Part shown: in pieces, positions 12,393 to 25,108 of the stretch | How positions within the stretch are numbered: the stretch's first letter is position 1 | Layout: the number at the start of each line of letters is the position of its first letter | NCBI RefSeq assembly: GCF_011386835.1 | Contig: NC_088796.1 | Coordinates: 107,632,001 to 107,696,000, forward strand | Reading direction: 5' to 3' | DNA from: Chrysemys picta bellii | Taxonomy: Eukaryota | Length of the DNA: 64,000 nt | Program-made: the position numbers and the translations under genes | Notes under the pieces: generated by a model | What the model was told of the DNA's origin: nothing | Seen by the model: only the letters and a program-made list of their open reading frames with translations | Database searches by the model: none

Positions 12393-14934
12393 TATGAAAT
12401 ATACTCTCCTTTTTGCTTGTATTCGGACATCAGGAGTTTTTTATTTTAGACCATATATTGTATCATAAAGAATTAGCAAAAAAAAAAAAAATTCTAGAAA
12501 ATTAAGAGGGAAAGAAAGTCTCTACTTAATTAGCTACATGCACTAGTAAATGTTTGAATAAAAAATACAGAATAGATTATGTGAAATGTATAGAAAGAGA
12601 GAGAATGTGTTTCTGCTTATGAATAGAGTGATGGGCAGAAGTATATAGTCTTTATGGAACAATATGTATACAACACTGTAAAATCGGATCCTGAAGTCAC
12701 AAGATATTGCCAGGCAGTAGTGCTTTCATAAGCCTGCATCTGTACCAGTCTGGTAGAGACGGGTACACACAGAAATAGAAAGCTTCAAAGAAAGGGTTTG
12801 AGTTTCATTGCGTTATTAACAGTATCAAGCTCTGTTTTGAAGTGGATCAGTCTTCTAAGCAGGTGTCCTGATGGTGCCATCAGGCATCTGAATTCCACAC
12901 AGTGTTTGAAAGCATGCCAGCTTGATGGCCATTAATTGCCAAACTGTGAGAGTCCAGCAGTGCATGCAGGAAAATTACACAAAGGGTGAGACTTTCTTCC
13001 TAGCACCTTACAATGAGAAACAGCAGAGGGAGCTGTCAATCTTCACAGAAACAAAGGCATACAGTATCTAACATCAAAGATGGCCATTTGTTATCCAGTG
13101 GTTAGTCAGTGCTATAATATATAGATTACTTTAGATGCTGGTGGACAGTCAACTTGCTATTTTAAATTTAGTATAAAGTATTTCAGAAGGATTTTTTTTT
13201 AATTTATTCCATTTTTTGCCAACTACCTAAAATCTCCTTTTGCCTATTTGGGTATGGAACTCAAAGCAGCATTTACAGTACTGGTGCCTAGAATTCCATT
13301 TGGCTCCAGGGTATTGGTGCTCAAACCAGCGTGCACAGTAGTGTCTGCTACAGGAATAAATCACACTGGCAGACTTAGCATCTATAGTAGACAGTGCCCA
13401 GCTTATTCTGCTCATAAACTTTCCAGGATGCTGGCTGAGCAGCAAACAGATTTTCTAACTCCTTTTTCTGGCTTTTAAACACAAATATCCCTTCCACCCC
13501 TTTCTTCTCCAGCAGCCCTGGAAATGTGAATAACAGTGTTACTAGGGAAGCAAGATTTGTAAGTGAGACTACTGAGCCATTGTGTAGGGCTTCAGTTACA
13601 GAGTTTTTAAGCCCTGCAAAATGATCATTATATCAGAACAGACAGAGTTATTCAGCGTCGATTCAATGCTATTTGAGATGTAGTACAGATCATTTCTGTC
13701 TTCACTTGACTGCTAATTTGCCCAAGGCAGATATTTTTAAAATCATGCTTAGTGGTAAATTACATGATAGCAAAAAAAAAAAAAAATGTAGGTACTCAAT
13801 CAAGGGAGGTCCTTTTAGGAATAAAATGTTCTAGAAAAAAAATAGAAAATAAAATATTTTAAATTATAGGCTAATATTAACATGACACCTGCAATGTTTT
13901 TCTAATGAGCATTAGAAGTTAATGGAAATCAATAGGAGTTTAAACCATAAAAACTCGGGGGGGGGGGGGGGGGAATGTTAAACTTAGTAATGACAACACA
14001 TAGATTTCTTTTTTTAAAAAGGAAATAACTTAGTGTTGTTAAAATGAAGCAGATAATTACACTAGACTCTCTCTCTGCCAATGATGCAGTCTGTATCCTT
14101 TGTTATATTGAACTACATGCATGTTTTATTATGTGTTGAAGTTGTGTGTGGGGGGCGGGGTAGGGAAAAAGGTGGAAATATTATAGGCAGAGCCATATAG
14201 CTCATGTAACCTCATGCATTCAGTCAATCATCTCTACAATAACAAATATCATGAGAAATGTGTTCCTTTTTCCTTCTGTCAGCATCTGTGGTCCAAACTT
14301 ACTTGTTGTTTTATTATGGTTCATCGGAACATAAGAAATAACAACAGTGATAGGAAATGGGGAAAATATTGCTCATGCACTCTGAAAAGCACTTGTAGGC
14401 TAGTTTTGAGATTTATTTATTATTTTCTAGTTTTTCTCAAACTACCTAAGATAAATTCAATCCACATATCACTCAAGAGAACTAAACCCTTCAAATTTTA
14501 ATGAGCTATTCCTTAAATTAAACTATGGGGAAAGCACTAGATAACACATTGCAAAATCTGTCAGTTTAAAGAGTAAGTAAATTTAGTCATTCAGGAATTC
14601 AAACCAAAAGGGGCTTCACAGGAAAAACTTAGATATGTTATGAAGGAGCTCATATAGTACCATAAATGGTGCATGGCACTTTCTGTATCTAACTCAGTAT
14701 AAGTAATATAACAGTTTAACTCTGTCCAATTTATTTTAGTGTTAGTTAACTAGGGAGAAACCTGAGCACAAAAGCTTCATTTATATTTTATGTGAGATTT
14801 ATTTATATTTTGTCTTTTGTATCGGAAATTTCATAAACCAAATACTACACATACCAGGAATAAAATAAACAAATTTTAAAAATCCCCAAACACTACACTT
14901 TATAAGAATATGAAAGCAGGTAGAGCTACTCTAA

Positions 14935-15050
14935 GCCTCTCTGTGCATCCGTTTCTTATCTGTAAAATGGGGCATCATACTGCTTACCTACCTCTCAGAA
15001 GTGTTGTGAGGATAAATATTTTAAAGCTTGTGAGGAATTCAGATACTAAG
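14935..15050. mobile_element. MIR/CORE-like SINE fragment
   Basis: ctctgtgcatccgtttcttatctgtaaaatgggg...gttgtgaggataaat; similar fragments at ~16540-16710 and ~47880-47990. Confidence 0.65.
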
Positions 15051-15469
15051 GTGATGGAAGGGTCAAATAAGTGCCTAAGAGAGAGAGAGATACACAATGG
15101 GCCAATTTCACTCCTGCCCATGTAAGCAAATGTAGTTTTAGTCAGAGTTCTTCAGAATGTTGTGCCAGTGTTTGGAAGATGTGGAACCCTTAATGTGCAC
15201 TTTCAGATTTTGCTGAGTGTCCATATCCCATCCTATATTGTCTATATTGTCTTTCCCTTTTGGTGAGAATGTGTGCATGAAAATGTCTCAGAAGTAATCT
15301 ACATATAGCAAAGCCAACCCTTCTTGCATCCATGCATATAGGAACTAGCTCTCCACTTTTCTGACTGGGAAGGGGGCAACATAACTGGTTTCTACTACAG
15401 GATCCAGCTCTTCCCTGAGTGCTTTTCACAGGAAGCAGGGACTAGTGCTGCATTACCTTTCCCTCCATG

Positions 15470-15584
15470 CATAGGTGCTGGAACTAGGGGTGCTGCTTGA
15501 AGTATATTCCATTATGTATAGGGTTTACAATTTGGTTCCATGGCTCTCAGCACCCCCACTATAAAAACTGTTCGAGCACCCCTG
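15470..15584. mobile_element. hAT-type MITE
   Basis: TIRs cataggtgctgg / cgagcacccctg; perfect 8-bp TSD CCTCCATG at 15462-15469 and 15585-15592. Confidence 0.88.
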
Positions 15585-18500
15585 CCTCCATGGTGGGGAA
15601 CCTCCCATTTAAGAGTGATCCCAGGCAACTGTGATCCTTGCTGATTCCCCATCTAGAGGGATCCTTGATAGTGAAACTGTGTTACCAGGGAACCAAGGAC
15701 AGGAAATGATGGACATGGCTGTTCAGTTGTCTCTGGCCTGAGGATCCTGGGGAATCTATAGGGTTTAGGGTGGACCCAGATTCTACTGTAAAGGAGAGGG
15801 TACCCCACTGAAACAATGTAGGAGAAACTTTGTCAATGAAAATTCATGGAGTTTCCTTTCCCTTTAACTTCTCCACAGGGAGTAGTATTGTGGGGGAAGG
15901 GAGACTCTGTTGCTAAAACCCAGTCTCATTTAATCTTTGATGGAGGGCTACGGAGAGATGGCTGATTCTCATGTATGAAAAATGAGTTTTATATCCAACT
16001 CCGGATTTTGTTTGACCATAAAAACTATCTTTGTGAATATGAGGCACTTTCTTGGAAGGGATACTGAATACTTTAAACTTTCTGTACATTATGTGCTTGA
16101 ATACCAAAACATCTGTTTGCAAATTCTTCCATCAACCTAATCTTTTTATAGTCCAATTTCCAAGCCATGATGGTAAACTGTTTCAGCAACTTTTTTGACT
16201 ACAATGTTGCCAGGAATAGATTTCTGGACTCATTAAAATGGTTTTGTTATAACAATGACAATTATTAGAACATTGCATTGGTATTTTGTTGTTGTCTGGG
16301 TTTCTTGTTGTCTTTTGCCAGTTTTTGTCAGCATCAAACTCTTCAAATAGCTTTAACTTGATCATTAAAGACTATCCACCCGCCAGTGTCTGAGTGCAGC
16401 TGTATCTTCTTGTGAAGGCATTGAGTTCTGTTCAATAATTAGGATAAACATGGCAATAACAAAAGGAGAGGCAATGTTGTCTTTGTGTTATAGTACCGGA
16501 CTGAGAGTTGAGACCTATATCTGTTCTCTGTTTTTCTACAGCCTTCCTGTGAAGGCTTGGTTAAGTCACTTAGGCCTAATTCAAAGACCATTGAATTATT
16601 TGGCTATAAAGAGATTTGGCTGAGGCACTTTATCTTTTTATTTTTATTTCCCCATCTGTAAAATGGGAATAATATTTATTTGCCTCACTGCCTGTTGTGA
16701 GGCCTAATTCAGTGAGTGAATTGGTCTAGTTCTGGTAACCAGAATGAGAAGCACATTCACATGAAAATCTGCAATGTTCCCATTTAATGGAACGCTACTC
16801 CAACCACTGAGATATTTAGTAAAGCTCAGAAATGCATACTCCGTATGGAATAGTCCATCAGGAAGAGGAACATTGGTCCTCCTACAACACAGGCCTGTTA
16901 CACTGTACAATTTTCAGTTGGCAATAAAAAATGTTTCTTCTTTGAGTATTCACCTAGTTAGTTGTAATTTTCGTATTATTTATATCATGAATGATCTTAG
17001 CTACTATTTCAAGTCTTTCTGGAAACAGAGAAACAATATGGAAATTACTGTCTCAGAAAGTATAATTTAACCTCAAAACCCCATAATTCTATCACAGGTG
17101 AAACTCAAGAATCCTTGATAAGTTACAGGAGGCAGTGGTGAGCAGCTTGAAATTTGGCCACTAGCTTTTGCTTTTAGAACTGTACTGAAGGTGATGGTTA
17201 CTGAAAATAGAAGACGCAGTTCAGCTAACATCTCCATTTCTCCCAGTTTATATTTGCTTATTTTTTTATCCTAAAAGGCATTGGACCACATTATCAGATG
17301 ACACAAACCAGTGTAACTTAATTGAAAGCAATGGGGCTATGCTGATTTACACCAGCTATGAATATAGCCAACAACCATACACAATTGCCTAGATATGGAG
17401 GGACTGAGAATCTATTAATCAAAAATGTCCTGAATTTTTTTTTTAAATAATGTAAAAATCAGACAATAAACAACATAGCTTTGTATATATGGGGTCAAAT
17501 GCTTCTTGCCATACTCATAGGAGTACCTCATAGTTTTCTATGGGATGATATCCATGAGTAAGGTGTACAGACTAGGGACGAGGGTATGTTTATAATATTT
17601 TAACAAAAATATCTTCTGTGTTTTATCACTGTAAATGTTCAATACAACAGACAGTACTATGCCACTATAACTACTTCATTCTAATGATTAGGGATCCTAA
17701 CTGCTTTGTTACTAAGGTTTTTCCTTTTATTTTTCAATTTTTTTTCTTTTCCGAGAACCCCTGCAAGGGAAGTTGCCAACATTTGTAGAAGGGAAAAAAA
17801 AAAAAAAGAATTAAAGCAGTTAAAAAAGACTACATGAACTGATATATCAAGTTTGTAATAAGATACTGTCCAGTTAGTCTACCATTTGGCAAAAAAATAA
17901 TTACATTTTTGGAAAGGTCTTCAATTCATATTAGATATTCATAAATTGAAAAAAAAAATCCTGAAAAAATGGCAGTTCCGCATGTAAATCTCAATGTTAT
18001 CCACATGTGAATTGCTGTAAAATGAGGAATAAATGTGATTGAAGCACTGCTGTAACAGCTGCATAAATCATCTGCTCTATCTTGATTCTTGTTGCTGTAT
18101 AGGTGTATCACCGGAAAAGAGAAATAAGCTTTCAGTGTAATGTCAGAATCTGCCAACACTAGCATTTTCTTTCTTTCCTTAGTCTTTCACACACTTTATA
18201 CACATGAAGCTGGTGTTCATATAGGAAGTTGATGTAACCATAATATACATGGAATATATTCCTTTAGCTTTGCAAACATGGAAATAGCCACAAAACTATG
18301 AAATAAGCTGCAGCACCTTTGAGTAAACTTAATTTATCTGACACTTTAGACCAGTGTTCAAACTGGAAAAAAAAAAGTTTATGGCATGCCTCAAAGTGAC
18401 CTCAACCAGCAGTAACTAGCAGCAATGGCTTTGTTGCTTATTACTCCTTCCCTAGTTCAAGTACCATCTTTATCCCTCTCACTTGCACTCTGCTCATTAA

Positions 18501-20495
18501 TCACTGCCAACATGGCATCTAACATTCCAAACCTCTGTACCACGTTCAAACATCCACCAATTTTCTTTGTTTTAAAAATACCAAAAAAAGCCAACAACAA
18601 ATAAATAAACAAAAGACTCTGCCTGTCAAATGTGGTTGAGGTAAAAAACAGATTTGAAAAATCACACTGGTCAGAGATCCACAAATTAACATGTACTCCT
18701 GGACCAATAACGATATAGCAATAACCAATGTCTAGCATTCCATCATAGCTGGAAATGTTTCCTTTATGCTGCAACAAAGCTGAAATTCCGAGCTTTCTGA
18801 TGTGCATGTATAGACGTACAACAGCCATTTCTAATGAGTTCATGAAACACTATACATTTAACATTACGACCATATAGCTATGTAAGTAGAAAAAGGTATA
18901 GAGGTAATTTTTACAGGTTTTATAATATATTAATCATATTTTAAATGTCCTTCTAAGTTCTGTACATTTTAACTAATACTACCTGGCTCCATTGGCAAAA
19001 AGATACCCCCCCTCCCCCCCAAAAAAACAACCCTATATAAGTTCTAAAGCTCTAAAGAATGTTCTAAAATTGTTAAATGAACAAAATACACTGAGGTGTG
19101 ACAGTAGGAAGGTATTTTAACAGTACTTTTGGATGACATGCCTAATGCACTCTTCTTAAAATCATGGCAATGTACTACCATCCCTCCTATCAAGTACTTT
19201 ATAATATGCACAGACACACATACGCTGTGTTGTGCAGAACAGAATGTCCAAAGGAAAATTCAACCTCCTTGAAATTAGCTGTTTTCACATTTTTTATTAG
19301 AAAACCACAATAAGAAGTCCAATATTTGGGGGGGGGGGGCGGGGAATGTTTTATTTTTCAGATTTTCACTTGAAAATTGAAAATGCCCAGTTTTCTTTCA
19401 AAAATAGCCCTCTTTCAGGACAGGATACACATGAACAAACTTCAGAATAAACACTGTCCTAAGTTGTGCTTTCTCTTTTTCTTTGTTTTCCACATTTTTT
19501 ACCACTAGGATTATTGGGCTGGCTGTGAAAGGTGAAGTTACCTGATGTTTAAACACCCCAGATCAAGTCCAAATTGAAATTAGACCTTTTGGAGTTGCTA
19601 CCATTTTAAGCACTCCTGACTGAGAGAAGGGATGGCTAGATTTAAAGCAAGCTGAAATGCAAAGAATTACAAGGTAATTTGTCAGAGCATTTTCTGGAAA
19701 AAAAATAGATCCAAGCAAAGCTTTTCTGAGCAGTCTTGCATATCCAATCAACAGGAAATCAAGGAAAGAAACACTTATCAGTGGAGGGTAATGGTGTTTG
19801 GCCTATGAATTGTCCCCAAGAGTTTTTACTATGGTTATGAGACCAGTTATTCACATTCTAAGGGCCACAGAAGTCAAAATGCTTACTTACTTCACAATAT
19901 TTTAATTGTAACCTCTGTTACAGGTGAACTGCTAAGACTGCTTATCTCAGGCATAGGTCTTTTGGTAAGGGCCTTCGAACTTCTTGTAAATATAGATAAA
20001 AAATGATGTACTCCTTCTCCAAATTTAGGTCAACTGGGCCTCTCAGTGAACAGTAGGGGTAAAATTCTGGCTCAGCTGAAGTCAATGGCAAAACTACCAG
20101 GGCATTATTTTCAAACATCCCCTCATTCATAGGGAAAGCCATAACAAATGTCTATCATAAAGTGCTGCTCACTCTGTCGATATCCAGAGGTGTTTGGTAA
20201 GTTCTGTGTATGTCTCTGATAGCTGTGCTCTCCACCTCGTCTCAGTCCTCTCCTAGCCTTACCTGTACCAAGGGGAGAGAGAGAGAGGAGATAGTGAAGG
20301 AAGGGACATACATGTTGCCCTTGACCCTTCCCCACAGGCTGTCCAGATCATACTGTCAGGCAAGAGTATGGGGAGTGCAGTCTATAGGGCTAGCCTGTTT
20401 GCTTGCCAATATATCTTTTCTTATGGATTTCTTATTTTCTTATGGGTTTGATTATTTGCTTAATTATAATAGGTTTATATTAGAGTAATTTTGAT

Positions 20496-20890
20496 TGTAA
20501 TGCAAGGGACCTATAGGCCACATCCTGTATGCTGAGCTAAGGCAAAGTTAGCATACATATGTTAGGGACCTTTCACCCAGATGGCAAAGTTGGCATGCAT
20601 AGGTTCGGGACCTTTCACCCGTAATAGGTGGTGATGAGCTAACGCATAAGTCCCAATATGGTTGTGATCTTTAACACAGGTAGATAAAGGATGTGTTGAA
20701 GCAGGGTGGTATAGGGGGCTACCTAAGTTCATACCCTCTTTAAACTTAATAGCTACATCACGAGGAAAGAACTGAAATCGCTGGTTAGGACAGAAATAAC
20801 ATGTGAGAATGAGCCAATGTCATTAATATGTATGTATATGTCATCAGTATGTACAAATATACCAGCCTATGGCGTAAGTGTACCCTAACA
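20496..20890. mobile_element. LTR-like fragment containing a 42-bp tandem duplication
   Basis: TG...CA ends; two diverged copies of ggcaaagtt.gcat.cata.gtt.gggacctttcaccc start at 20541 and 20583; no TSD found. Confidence 0.45.
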
Positions 20891-21515
20891 TTTTGTGGGT
20901 GAGGAAATTACATTTGGACATAGGAGGGCTCAAGTACTCAAGCTCTATAAGAGGGGATGGAGACTAAAACTTCTATTTGTTCTCTAAGGTGCTTAATTCA
21001 TTTTAGATACTGTATAAATAAATAACTCTACAGCTGATGATTTTTTGATTGCACATATCCTAATAGAGAATCCTTGCAAATTGCACAGTCAAACCCAAAT
21101 TTCCTTTCAGGAGTTCAAACACTCATCATTGATTGTTTTCCAAGTAAAGCAACAGAATGCAAGTCTACAGCCAACATGTAAATATGTGGCAGTGTTTTGG
21201 GCTCAGGTTAACCGTTTCTCTTAGGTATCCAGAATCATGGAATTTGGGGTGCTTGTCAGAGCTAATTAGCTAAAACATTGCAGTTCCAATATGGGACACT
21301 AATATTTTGCCAAAATACTTGGGCCAAGATATTCATAAATATGTGGCTAAAGTTGGGCATTTAGGTTGAGATTTTTAAAAGCATCTAGATGATTTAGGAA
21401 CACACATCCCACTGATTTTTAATGTTTTTGATAATATCAATCTAGATGCCTAAAAAGTAGTCTGATTTTCAGCTGTCAGCATTCCCCATTGATTTCAAGG
21501 ACCGAGTCTACAGAT

Positions 21516-21556
21516 ATAGAATCATAGAATCATATACAACCATAGAATCATATAAA
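21516..21556 (-). repeat. CR1 3' tail microsatellite (ATAGAATC)n
   Basis: atagaatcatagaatcatatacaaccatagaatcat is the reverse complement of the CR1 GATTCTAT tail. Confidence 0.6.
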
Positions 21557-22378
21557 AGTTTCCATAGAGCCCTCCTTTGTTTTTAGTAGGCAGTTAGACA
21601 CACTGCAATATAGTCAGAACCTGGATTAAATCTCATGTGAAAAATTCATATTTTGACATACTTATATTTAGATCATAATCAGTTAGAGGGACAAGAGTAT
21701 CTGCAGCAGACAGAAATGGACATGGAGGTATCATGGTACAGAGCACATCCCACAGATCTGGAAAATAGAACCTTCATAAAAGATTAGTGACTAGATATGA
21801 CCAGTACAACTTGGCAGCTACAGGTATGGGATACTAGACTGATACTCACCATAAGTTAATAAGCAATGTGACATCATTACTTGAGATGTGAAATCAGATG
21901 ATTTTTTATTTTCAGAACGGGGGGGATAGTGACATGTTCAACCTGAACACTGAGCCAGATTCTCAGCTGGTGTAAACTGATGGTGTTTAATTTAAGTAAA
22001 TAAAGTTCATTGAGTCCCACCAGCTGATTCCATAATTTTTAAGGAAACACACATATATAGGTTTCCCACCCTTTATTTACAGATATTTAATCTTGTTTTG
22101 GTTATGAAGATCGGCGTACACCTTTTCTTCCCAATAGGAGAAGAACAATTTAAAAGAACTCAGCCCTAAGTCACAAACTGAAAGAGGATAAAGGTCCCTC
22201 TTAACATCCCAGAGCCATTCAGTAGTCTTCTTTGTGAAACTCTGTCTCAGAATTTTTGGTACATGGTCTCCTTGTCCCTGGAAGTCCCAAGTTTATGGGA
22301 AATATGTATATATTCTGGAATATTTTTTGTCTGTGTCTGTCTGATTTCATAGTTTATATTTAGATTCTTGTTGGCTCT

Positions 22379-23020
22379 TGTTAAATTTCAGGGAAACTGC
22401 ACCTGTGTTCCCCCTTCTATGGTCCACCAACAGCACCCACTGTAGGCACCTGGCTCCTCAGCTGTCACCTCTCTTGGGTAGACACCTACGTCGCTGTCGT
22501 TCCTGATTGGGGATTTTCCAGGCTGCACAGCTCCCAGCCTACACTGTGAGATTCCCAGTTAAACAGGCTTTCACTTTAAAGGCTCTGAACAATGTAATTG
22601 CCAGACATTATGAGTTCCCACACAGCTCTTTATAAGCAAGCATAATTATTCTTAACATGAAATTTCAGCAGAGAAAACATATTAAAAACAATAAAAGAAA
22701 ATGCATTCCTCATACTAATATACTTACTAGAGATCATCCCCCAAGTCCAACAAGGACTCTGGCAGGAGTCAGTCCTTCAAATCCTGCAAGGTGTATTTAT
22801 AGGTTCATAACAACCTTAGTAGAAACAGCACACGTGTGAATAGTTCAGTCTTTCCTTTATGCAGCTAGAACCTTTGATCTTGGCTTTATATAACAGATGA
22901 TCAGCAGACAAAGACCCACTCCTCAGGGCCTGTCTTCAAAAGGCTCTGTTTTTGCACATCTGCAGGTGAGGCATTTGCATTCACTGCTTCCTAGGTGTTT
23001 CCCAGGAAATCCACTTAACA
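22379..23020. mobile_element. Solo LTR-like element
   Basis: Termini TGTTAA...TTAACA, ~640 bp, composition typical of turtle LTRs; no matching TSD. Confidence 0.65.
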
Positions 23021-23029
23021 CATACAGAT

Positions 23030-23597
23030 CTTGTCTACACTACAGATTATTTTGATGAAATTTGCTTCCTCAAGGTTGTGAATAATCCACACTTCTTGAG
23101 TGAAGTAAATGATACTGATCAAACACCAGCGTAGACAGCGCTATGTCAGTGGGAGAGCTTTTCTCACCAACACAGCTACTGCCTCTCATGGAGGAAGGAG
23201 TTACTAAGCTGATGGGAGAGCTCTCTCCCATCAACAAAGACTATGTCCACACTGCACTTTCATTGGTAAAAAATTGTTGGTCAGGAGTATCAAAAAATCA
23301 TTGCACTGGTGTGAACAGTGCTTTGTCGGCAGGAGATGATCTAGTGACAAAAAGGAGCAGCCTCACTGCATAAGGTGCACAGTGTAGACCAGTGGTCCCT
23401 GGCAGGCCACGAGACAGTTTGCTTACATTGACTGCCTGCAGGCACGGCCGCCCATGGCCACTGGGAGCTGCAGGTGGCCATGCCTGCGGATGGTCAATGT
23501 AAACAAACTGTCTCATGGCCCACCGGCAGATTACCCTGATGGGCCGCATGCAGCCTGTGAGCCGCAGATTGCCCACCACTGGTGTAGACATAACCTT
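23030..23597. mobile_element. Harbinger-like MITE interrupted by a hAT MITE
   Basis: ttgtctacact ... gtgtagacataacc termini and an internal palindrome gatgggagagctctctcccatc. Confidence 0.7.
23390..23581. mobile_element. hAT (Buster/Charlie-type) MITE
   Basis: cagtggt...accactg termini, internal inverted repeats, perfect 8-bp TSD GTGTAGAC (23382-23389 / 23582-23589) with a central TA. Confidence 0.9.
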
Positions 23598-24651
23598 AGA
23601 GTGCCTCAATCACAAGTGCTACAGCTGCATGCTGTAAGTATGTAGGGTAGATGTAGTCTTAGTCCCAAAAGACCATTCTTGTCTGCTACATTGTTCAATA
23701 TAGTCCTCTGCTCATCCAGGCCTACCATGATGCATAATCTTTGCATTTAATGCAATGGACTCCAAAGACACTTAAACTTAATTCAAAAAGGTTTTTCACG
23801 GATATTGCAGGAAATTGCCATATCGGTCACAAATCTACTTAAGATTTGTATCATGTTTCTGTAAGTTCTTTTCCGCCTCTTGGGACTATTAACATTCTTT
23901 TTGTTTGTTTTGTTTTGTTTTAAAGACACTTTAATCTTGCTTCTTTACAACCAATTCAAAATAAGTTAGTCTCAGAAGGTTAGCCCTCCTTTTATGGGGT
24001 GTGGAGCGGGGGTGCATGAGTTGTTGTGAATGAGGGAAACAGAGTATTTCCCTCAGACCAGGATTTAAAATGGCAGACCATACTTGTAAAAGAAAGTGTC
24101 ATCATTCCCCTCAAATAAACAAATTACCTGTTCTCAAAATCAAAGGTAATCTGTTTATACATAGCTAGCTTCCTGAGAGCACTGAGAGAACTATATGTTT
24201 ATTTTAATTATTTCCTTTAAGAAAAAAATAGCTTTTGGAAAGTCAATCCTACAGAGCTAATACCTTGTTCACATTCTTATTTTACAGGAATCGGAGGTGA
24301 CCAAGTTTCCGCATTGATTAAACTGGGTACTGAAATGCTGCTATTTCTCTAACTAGCAAGTTGCCCTTCCTCTTGTGCCAATCATACATGGGGGTGGGTT
24401 TTTAGTAAACAGTGAGTTGCAGTGCCATTGATCCAAATACTTGCTATGACATATGCCTGTTTCTGGGCCGCTTGCTAGTCAGCTCCTGCTGGCATGAAAA
24501 TAAGTGGAAAGGAAACTCTTCAGATAAGCATGGGAAATCTTTAATGCACGCTTTCCCACAAAAAAGAGATGCATATTCTCTTTTTACATCAGAGGATTTA
24601 CCAAGAATTCTGGACATGAAATGTAAGTGACATGTATATCAGGGTACAGGT

Positions 24652-25108
24652 ATATAAGATCATGAGTGATGTGGAGAAAGTGGATAAGGAAAAGTTATTT
24701 ACTTATTCCCATAATACAAGAACTAGGGATCATCAAATGAAATTAATAGGCAGCAGGTTTAAAACAAATAAAAGAAAGTTCTTCTTCACGCAGCGCACAG
24801 TCAACTTGTGGAACTCCTTACCTGAGGAGGTTGTGAAGGCTAGGACTATAACAGAGTTTAAAAGAGAACTGGATAAATTCATGGTGGTTAAGTCCATTAA
24901 TGGCTATTAGCCAGAACGGGTAAAGAATGGTGTCCCTAGCCTCTGTTTGTCAGATAGTGGAGATGGATGGCAGGAGAGAGATCACTTGATCATTGCCTGT
25001 TAGGTTCACTCCCTCTGGGGCACCTGGCATTGGCCACTGTCAATAGACAGGATACTGTGCTAGTTGGATCTTTGGTCTGACCCGGTACGGCCTTTCTTAT
25101 GTTCTTAT
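24652..25108 (+). mobile_element. 5'-truncated CR1 LINE (ORF2 C-terminus and 3' UTR)
   Basis: [57 protein letters not shown]; (TTCTTATG)2 tail; flanking direct repeat GTACAGGT at 24644-24651 and 25109-25116. Confidence 0.95.

Noticed and set aside
13957-13973. G17 run, and similar G-runs near 19330, 57470-57500 and 63460-63485, as G-quadruplex candidates
   Set aside because: Simple homopolymer expansions that are common in vertebrate genomes; nothing points to function.
18457-18843. 128-aa minus-strand ORF
   Set aside because: No recognisable domain, low-complexity A/T-driven stretches and no convincing splice or promoter context; probably a chance ORF.
24288-24326. 39-nt phase 1-1 exon candidate (GIGGDQVSALIKL) after a good branch point and acceptor
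   Set aside because: The donor G|GTACTG is weak, longer alternatives contain stops, and the peptide is not recognised.
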